NCBI RefSeq assembly: GCF_018336915.1
Contig: NZ_CP064923.1
Location: 690,001-722,000, forward strand
DNA: 32,000 bases
Direction: 5' to 3'
Origin: Acaryochloris marina S15
GTDB taxonomy: Bacteria; Cyanobacteriota; Cyanobacteriia; Thermosynechococcales; Thermosynechococcaceae
The notes under the pieces are model-generated. The model saw only the letters and a program-made list of their open reading frames with translations. It was not told the origin of the DNA and did not search any database. A program made the position numbers and the translations under genes. Shown here in pieces: positions 26,343 through 32,000 of the stretch (position 1 is the stretch's first letter; each line of letters opens with the position of its first letter).

Positions 26343-26783
26343 TTACGCTTTCGAATGAAAGGTTAGACCTTCTCCAAATTCGGCAGGAATGATAAATAAG
26401 GTTGTTCCTTTCCGGCCCACGACGTAAACTTTGGTCTTGCTTTCAATGGTCAGATTCTCATCCTCACAGCGGGCTTGCCAGGAACTTCCTTCATAGATCA
26501 CCCGACCCGTTTGGCCTGCCGGGATCTGAGTGAGTGTCTCGGCTTCCACCTCGGCTTGTAAAATTCTGGCGGTTCTTTTGGGCACAAACCGGCGGACTAA
26601 TCCAATCAACAGCACCGACAAGAGCAACCAAATCAAAGCCTGAAGATAGAACTGGGGAATGACCAAAGAAATAACCGCAACAGCAAGGGCACTGATGCCC
26701 ATCATCAGTTCGACAAAAGCGGTTGGTGTAATGACTTCAAATACACAAAACGCTAATCCTAGTCCTAACCATAGCCAAGCCAA
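26343..26783 (-). CDS. NfeD family membrane protein
   Basis: Three TM helices are followed by a C-terminal OB-fold-like GRVIYEGSSWQARCED...KVYVVGRKGTTLFI. It sits directly upstream of the SPFH gene (the classic NfeD-SPFH pair). TTG start at 26783. Confidence 0.9.
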   Translation of the reverse strand: MAWLWLGLGLAFCVFEVITPTAFVELMMGISALAVAVISLVIPQFYLQALIWLLLSVLLIGLVRRFVPKRTARILQAEVEAETLTQIPAGQTGRVIYEGSSWQARCEDENLTIESKTKVYVVGRKGTTLFIIPAEFGEGLTFHSKA

Positions 26784-26942
26784 AATCTTGTTCCTTACCG
26801 ATTGCTGGATCTGGTTTATGCTTTACCCGCAGTATACCCAGGATGTTTCAGTTCTGTGGCTGACATAGGCAGTTTATACTTGAAGGCGCTAAATTAGAGC
26901 GGAGCTGGAATCAGCCCCAGCAGAAATTTACACACGATCACT

Positions 26943-29261
26943 ATGGGGATTGTTCACTGGTTAAAGCGAGTATTAGAGCCAAAGCGTCCTCGATCGACAC
27001 CTTCTTCGCCTTCTCAGCCTTCAACTACAGCCTCAGACGAAGAAACATCAACTTCCCCAGCGGGTTTTGTTGATCCACCCCAAAGTAGTCCAGTGGAGCC
27101 AGTCGAGGACGCTCCGTCGATTGCAGTGCAGACTGCAGTTTTGGCGAAACCTCCTCCTACTGTTCGTGACGTTGTAACCTCCAATACTCAGACTGTTGCT
27201 CCCTCCCGAGCTACCTGGGTATCAGTAGATAAGACTGTACAAGTGGGTAGCTACTGTCTGCCGGGTCTCGTTTATGTGGGGGACAACCTCAAAGGAATTA
27301 GTACCCATGTCAGCACTGAACCAGCCTTAATTCGACCGCAACTGAAACTAGATGAAGCGAAGCCCGATCGCAATGGCAATTGGATTAGCGAGTGGCCGTC
27401 CTATAGCGAAATCCCCTCTGCTAGCCGAGCTGCATATTTGGAGTGGTTGGCGGATGGACGCTGTGACCCTCAGATTCCATTAGGGTATGTTTATCTTTTC
27501 TTCTATGGTCTAGAACGCCGGGTTCTCAGAGATTTTCGACGGGCTAAACGGCCTATCCTGACAGAACTATGCACCATCATGGTCGAGGTGGAACGCCTCC
27601 AAAATCTGTACGGTGATCAAGAGACATTTGGCGAAAAGACCCGTCAATTCTTAGAGATTTGCCGCTTCCTTATTCTCAATGAAATCACGGCTTTACCGCC
27701 CCCCTGGACTTTTGAAGCTGTAGAGTGGCCCCTAAGTTTAGAGGTCGGTCTAGGAACGTTAGCAGCGACTCAAACACCCCTCCCGGCAGATTGGGCTTTG
27801 TCCTGGGTGATGCATAGCTTTCCCAGTAAGTTGCGAACGCCGGCATCACGCTGTTTCCCTGAATGGCGGTCTTGGTTTAAGTATGAATATCATCAGAATT
27901 TTGGTGATGGGTTATTGCTAGAGCCTGATGCAGAACAAACTCTTCCTGCCGATACAGTTATCTATCAACCGACTAGCGTGTCCTTTGGGGGGAAAATTAA
28001 GCTGGACATCCCTGAACTGCCTAAAGTGGCGAATTCAGAGAAGATCTTAGAGCGGCTCCTACCTTTATTAGAAGCAGGGATGCAAACCCTCGACTCCTAT
28101 AGCCGTTGGTTAGGACGTAATCCAGACGGGCAAGGCAGCTATAGTGCTCTGTTATTGCTGCCGTCGGAACTGATGGTGGAGTGTGCTTCCTCCCAGGTTA
28201 AGGCGTTTCGGGCTTGGGTGGAAAACAGTCTCACTGAAAGAGACATCGCTGTTGTGTGGGGACAAGACCTATTGCAGCAATGGCAAGACCCACCCCCAGA
28301 CAAGCTGACGAAATCAGAGGCAACGGTGTTATCGGACTACTTGACTCGTGTGGGAATTGGGATTGAGCCGGATGTCCAATTGGGGGGCAAACCTCCGACT
28401 GCTAATCAACCCTATGTCCTTTTTCGTCTACCCGAAACATCCCTCGCTGCACCTTCCGAGAAATATAAATTAGCGACGCTGTTATTACACCTGGCAGTAA
28501 TGGTGGTGGTTGCTGATGGAGCTTTGACAGGGGCCGAGTTCCAGCGCTTGCAGAACTATTTAGCTTCAACGCCCCATTTACAGAATGGCGAACGGGCTAG
28601 GTTGCATGCTCATTTGCACGGTTTACTGGTCGATAAACTCTCGTTGCGAGGGCTGAAAGTTAAATTGCAGCCGCTATCTGCGGATCGCAAGCTTGCGATC
28701 GCAAAGTTTCTCATTCACTTAGCGGCAGTCGATGGTGAGATCAACCCATCAGAAATCGCTATCCTCAGCAAACTGTATCCCTTGTTGGGACTAGAGTCTC
28801 AGGCTGTCTACAGTCATATTCATGAAATGACCGTAGAGGCTCTACCCACGACGGCAACTTCTTCGCCTCCCAATTCTGATTCCGGTACGACAGAGACACT
28901 GCAATTAGATCGGGCATTAATTGATGCCAAAGTCACAGAGTCTGCCACGGTTTCTGCCTTGCTGGCGGATGTGTTTATTGAAGATGAGCCGCCGGAGGAG
29001 GTCGTTGAACCCGTCTGTGTTCCAGGTATTGCGGGATTGGATCAGCAACATTCCCAATTATTACAGCACTTGGGTCAACAATCTGAATGGCAGCGGCAGG
29101 ATCTTGAACCGCTGGTAGATCAGCTAGGACTGATGCTGGATGGGGCTTTAGAAGTTATCAATGAAGTGGCTTTTGAGCAATGCGATGATCCACTGACGGA
29201 GGGGGAAGATCCCATTGTTATTGATGAGGATATTCTCCAAACCCTCTTAGATTCTGCTTAG
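26943..29261 (+). CDS. TerB-N / TerB / TerB-C domain protein with a Pro/Ser/Thr-rich N-terminal region
   Basis: 772 aa. The TerB-N pattern is WPSYSEIPSASRAAYLEWLADGRCDPQIPLGYVYLFFYGLERRVL. Two TerB-like helices are present (VVVADGALTGAEFQRL; LAAVDGEINPSEIAILSKLY). The TerB-C-like acidic tail is GLDQQHSQLLQHL...LMLDGALEVINEVAFE. Confidence 0.85.
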   Translation: MGIVHWLKRVLEPKRPRSTPSSPSQPSTTASDEETSTSPAGFVDPPQSSPVEPVEDAPSIAVQTAVLAKPPPTVRDVVTSNTQTVAPSRATWVSVDKTVQVGSYCLPGLVYVGDNLKGISTHVSTEPALIRPQLKLDEAKPDRNGNWISEWPSYSEIPSASRAAYLEWLADGRCDPQIPLGYVYLFFYGLERRVLRDFRRAKRPILTELCTIMVEVERLQNLYGDQETFGEKTRQFLEICRFLILNEITALPPPWTFEAVEWPLSLEVGLGTLAATQTPLPADWALSWVMHSFPSKLRTPASRCFPEWRSWFKYEYHQNFGDGLLLEPDAEQTLPADTVIYQPTSVSFGGKIKLDIPELPKVANSEKILERLLPLLEAGMQTLDSYSRWLGRNPDGQGSYSALLLLPSELMVECASSQVKAFRAWVENSLTERDIAVVWGQDLLQQWQDPPPDKLTKSEATVLSDYLTRVGIGIEPDVQLGGKPPTANQPYVLFRLPETSLAAPSEKYKLATLLLHLAVMVVVADGALTGAEFQRLQNYLASTPHLQNGERARLHAHLHGLLVDKLSLRGLKVKLQPLSADRKLAIAKFLIHLAAVDGEINPSEIAILSKLYPLLGLESQAVYSHIHEMTVEALPTTATSSPPNSDSGTTETLQLDRALIDAKVTESATVSALLADVFIEDEPPEEVVEPVCVPGIAGLDQQHSQLLQHLGQQSEWQRQDLEPLVDQLGLMLDGALEVINEVAFEQCDDPLTEGEDPIVIDEDILQTLLDSA

Positions 29262-29274
29262 GTGCAGCTGTGAT

Positions 29275-30219
29275 CTAAATATAGGCTCGAATATCGCCGT
29301 AATCGTTGAGGGCATATTGGATTTGCAGCATGAGTCGAGGACGTGAGATGGGGCGTTTGCCTTTATGGAAGCAGAAAGTATCTTCCGCAATCCCCAATCC
29401 TGCCCGTCCGCAAACCGTTAAGACCTGATCGACTCCATAGGTATCCACTAGAGTGCGATCCCTCAGACTGGCACACCGCTGCCCCATCCATTGATGTCTG
29501 AGCTTTTTGCCCCAATGGGTTCCCTGAATGCAAACATGGGGACCGTTACTCTCATCCACATCTGTTAAGTAGAAAAAGAATTTTATCGAGCGATAGTCAT
29601 CAATATCGTAGTGGAAGACTTGGGCACCTTTAATCTGCTGTTTCCAAGTGGATTCTCCAGGAAAACTCCACAACAACTCGCTGCCAATGGCTGTGGGCTT
29701 TTCACCTAAATATTCGGTTGCGATCGCAACCAGTCCTGGATCATGAATAAGATTCTGCACGGCAGCGCAATCTTGGGTACTCACACTTCCTAATTGGAAC
29801 GAGTATCCTAGGGCAGTTTCTAGAGTTGCTCGATCCTTGTACTGGCAGCGAATATTGGCATCTCGATCTGCTGCAAAGGGAGTTTGATGGGCAAAGTCTA
29901 CCAATTCATCGACCAGGATGTCTGATAACTGAAGACCCGCATAAATACCTTGTTGGCGTAAAACGGTGGAGATTGTTTGGGGATCTGGAAACGTCACTAA
30001 AGACGTTTGAGACGGTGCGGATTCGTCAAATTTCCCATTGGCTGTCATCGCTCCCCATACCTGTCTAATCAATTCGATGCGGGCCAGTTTACGCATCAGA
30101 AATAACTTGGGGTTGTAGACCAAACAGGTTATGGATCGAGACACATAGCAAAATAGTTTATCTAGAAACAGTCGATAGACCCTTGGTCGCACGACTTGCC
30201 TCAAAGCAGTGGCAACCAT
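29275..30219 (-). CDS. Phytanoyl-CoA dioxygenase (PhyH)-family Fe(II)/2-oxoglutarate oxygenase
   Basis: HxD in VFHYDIDD, followed by FFFYLTDVDESNGPHVCIQGTH, the typical PhyH segment with the distal His. An internal ATG (MRKLARI, aa 42) is an alternative start. Confidence 0.75.
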   Translation of the reverse strand: MVATALRQVVRPRVYRLFLDKLFCYVSRSITCLVYNPKLFLMRKLARIELIRQVWGAMTANGKFDESAPSQTSLVTFPDPQTISTVLRQQGIYAGLQLSDILVDELVDFAHQTPFAADRDANIRCQYKDRATLETALGYSFQLGSVSTQDCAAVQNLIHDPGLVAIATEYLGEKPTAIGSELLWSFPGESTWKQQIKGAQVFHYDIDDYRSIKFFFYLTDVDESNGPHVCIQGTHWGKKLRHQWMGQRCASLRDRTLVDTYGVDQVLTVCGRAGLGIAEDTFCFHKGKRPISRPRLMLQIQYALNDYGDIRAYI

Positions 30220-30280
30220 AGATAGGAATGAAACCTTGAATAGTGAAGAAACAGGATGCCAAAGGGGTTCTCACAAAAAA

Positions 30281-30303
30281 TTTCTCCTGAATTTCAGGAG
30301 AAA
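30281..30303 (-). terminator. 23-bp palindrome with flanking A6/T6; terminator-like on the minus strand
   Basis: TTTCTCCTGAA-T-TTCAGGAGAAA has perfect 11-bp arms. It is preceded on the plus strand by AAAAAA, which is a T6 tail on the minus strand. Confidence 0.45.
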
Positions 30304-30451
30304 GCAAAATATTTTGCTAGGGAAGAAATACAAACCTAGCATGTCATTCTAAAAATTCAAGGCTTTGGACAATATTTTATTTTTTGAAATTAAATATTGA
30401 GCGCTCTCACTCGATGAGATTTATTTCCCTGCACCCTCAATAATTTCAGAC

Positions 30452-30474
30452 AAAAAAATAACCCCAGTGGGGCT
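30452..30474 (-). terminator. Short hairpin plus T7; candidate terminator of phnE
   Basis: The minus strand reads AGCCCCACTGGGGTTATTTTTTTG: a 4 G-C pair stem plus GU and AU pairs, a 3-nt loop and then T7. It lies about 130 nt after the phnE stop. Confidence 0.4.
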
Positions 30475-30602
30475 ATTGGTGTAAGGAGTGGTACAAGACG
30501 CAATTTGCGCTTATCTAAGTTGATTTCATTAAAACGTAAAGGGGTGAAGATGTTGTGAAGTCAGGGACTTAAAGCTTGCTTAACCCAGAGATTGCAAAAT
30601 AT

Positions 30603-32000
30603 TTAGATCGACTTCAAGTGTTGCCGGAGATATTGGCTCAGCCAGTCAACACCCAAGCTGAGAAGGATAAAACAACCTAGCGTCCACAACACCCCTGAAC
30701 TATCGAAACTACTCAGTTGTTCACTGAGTAAGCGTCCCAGACCTCCAGCGCCCACGAGCCCCACAATCACCGTTTCCCGCATGCCTACCTCCCAGCGGTA
30801 GCAGGAATAGGCCAAAAAACGGGGCAGGGTCATGGGTAAAACGCCATAGAGGAAAACAGAGGGGCTAGAGGCTCCTTGGGCTTGCAGTGCTACCAAGGGC
30901 TGCTGATCCAAATTTTCATTGACTTCGGCCATTAGACGTCCCAGAATGCCGAGATTATGGATGCCAAGTGCGATCGCACCCGGTAGCACTCCCGGAAATA
31001 CGATAAACAACATCACCAAAGCCCAAATAGGTGCGGGTACAGAGCGGCAGAGCAACAAAAATAGCCGAGTCATGCCTACGAGTAGCCGACCGATTACTTG
31101 GCGTAACGGACTTGCTTGTGAGGGAAGAAAGAGTCCGCCAGGCAGAAAAAAATTGGCAGCCGTTCCAAAGGACAACACCATGCCCCCGCAGCCGGCACCC
31201 AAAATGGCGATCAAAGCCATGCCCAGGGTTTGGAGCGAAGCATCAAAGGTTTCCAATAGGGGCAGGCTAGGTTGTAACGGCCATAATCCTACGAATATTT
31301 GCTGGCTATTGTGCCAAGTTTGGGGGGCAACTAAGGCATATAGATCAGGGTCAATATAAAACCAACTCCAAGCTACTGCCCCAACTAGGCCAACGACCAT
31401 CAGTATGCAGGAGAACAGGTTATTGGAGGCTGAACGTTCAGGATCGAGATGTTTATAATGCACCTGTTTATTCTTGAGCACATATTTTAGGTGCAAACTA
31501 ATCCGGTTTTGGCAGCCCAGCCGCTGGCGACACCGAGCACTGCTCCAATCAATCACGCCATTCAAAATGACTAAAGCATAGACAAAGGTCCATACTTGCT
31601 GGTATTGCAAGGACTGCAAACTCAAAAAGATTTCATGGCCCAACCCTCCAACCCCAATAATGCCTAAGGTTGCAGCTGACCGTAGGGAGCATTCAAAGCG
31701 ATAGAAACTATAGGACAGTAGATTCTTGCTGGCAGAGGGCAATAATCCATATAGGAAGGCATTAAAGGGACGTCCGCCACTTTGAAGGATAGCCTCAAAT
31801 GATTGACGGGGCGTATCGTCAAGAATGTCACCAAAGACTTTCGCTACGATAGCGCTAAAGGGAATGGTAATGGCTGCGATCGCAGTCAGCGGATCCAGTC
31901 CCCACAGATTAATTAGTAAGAGTCCCCACAACATTTCGTGAATGGCACGAGGGACTACCAGTAGGCTTCTTAAGCCCCGGCGTAAACTGGGAGCAATGTC
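30603..32000 (-). CDS. phnE: Phosphonate-type ABC transporter permease PhnE, fused/duplicated form (partial; continues beyond the right edge)
   Basis: There are two PhnE-like halves, each with the YRFE/YRWE...GLVGAGGLG signature (YRFECSLRSAATLGIIGVGGLG; YRWEVGMRETVIVGLVGAGGLG). The frame stays open from the track start at 31934 to position 32000 (...SLLVVPRAIHEMLWGL). Confidence 0.9.
   Translation of the reverse strand, partial: DIAPSLRRGLRSLLVVPRAIHEMLWGLLLINLWGLDPLTAIAAITIPFSAIVAKVFGDILDDTPRQSFEAILQSGGRPFNAFLYGLLPSASKNLLSYSFYRFECSLRSAATLGIIGVGGLGHEIFLSLQSLQYQQVWTFVYALVILNGVIDWSSARCRQRLGCQNRISLHLKYVLKNKQVHYKHLDPERSASNNLFSCILMVVGLVGAVAWSWFYIDPDLYALVAPQTWHNSQQIFVGLWPLQPSLPLLETFDASLQTLGMALIAILGAGCGGMVLSFGTAANFFLPGGLFLPSQASPLRQVIGRLLVGMTRLFLLLCRSVPAPIWALVMLFIVFPGVLPGAIALGIHNLGILGRLMAEVNENLDQQPLVALQAQGASSPSVFLYGVLPMTLPRFLAYSCYRWEVGMRETVIVGLVGAGGLGRLLSEQLSSFDSSGVLWTLGCFILLSLGVDWLSQYLRQHLKSI

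Noticed and set aside
1-32000. CRISPR arrays, tRNA, rRNA, tmRNA, RNase P RNA, reverse transcriptase/retron or group II intron signatures
   Set aside because: I found no regularly spaced direct repeats, no tRNA T-arm/acceptor patterns (for example GGTTCGAATCC) and no RT motifs in any ORF or intergenic region. A tRNAscan/Infernal run would be needed to exclude small RNAs formally.

Overview
The window looks like a cyanobacterial chromosome. I count 14 perfect HIP1 palindromes (GCGATCGC), and it carries psbU, a plant-type ferredoxin and a PSII S4-domain gene. Most of it is ordinary core gene content: pfkA, lexA, nadB, scpA, fcl, an oligopeptide-type ABC binding protein, an NfeD-SPFH pair and a fused phnE permease that runs off the right edge. 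The clearly unusual part is an AT-rich, HIP1-free, gene-poor segment between lexA and a Ser/Thr kinase (about 3.47-8.3 kb). It holds a 1486-bp ISKra4-like insertion sequence with 26-bp terminal inverted repeats and a 9-bp target duplication. Its transposase carries one in-frame TGA. The segment also holds perfect palindromes, tandem 17-mers, and a short HTH-NB-ARC (STAND) NTPase with no C-terminal sensor repeats. Other points worth a second look: a Ser/Thr kinase apparently split by a frameshift at a 7-nt homopolymer, and a lone TerB-N/TerB/TerB-C protein divergent from NfeD-SPFH. There is also an uncharacterised three-gene membrane operon behind a long structured leader, and a PhyH-type dioxygenase next to phnE. 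I saw no CRISPR array, tRNA or rRNA. I cannot show that a complete new multi-gene system is present; the STAND island and the TerB locus are the best candidates. All functional calls rest on motif-level recognition of the translated ORFs, not on database searches.
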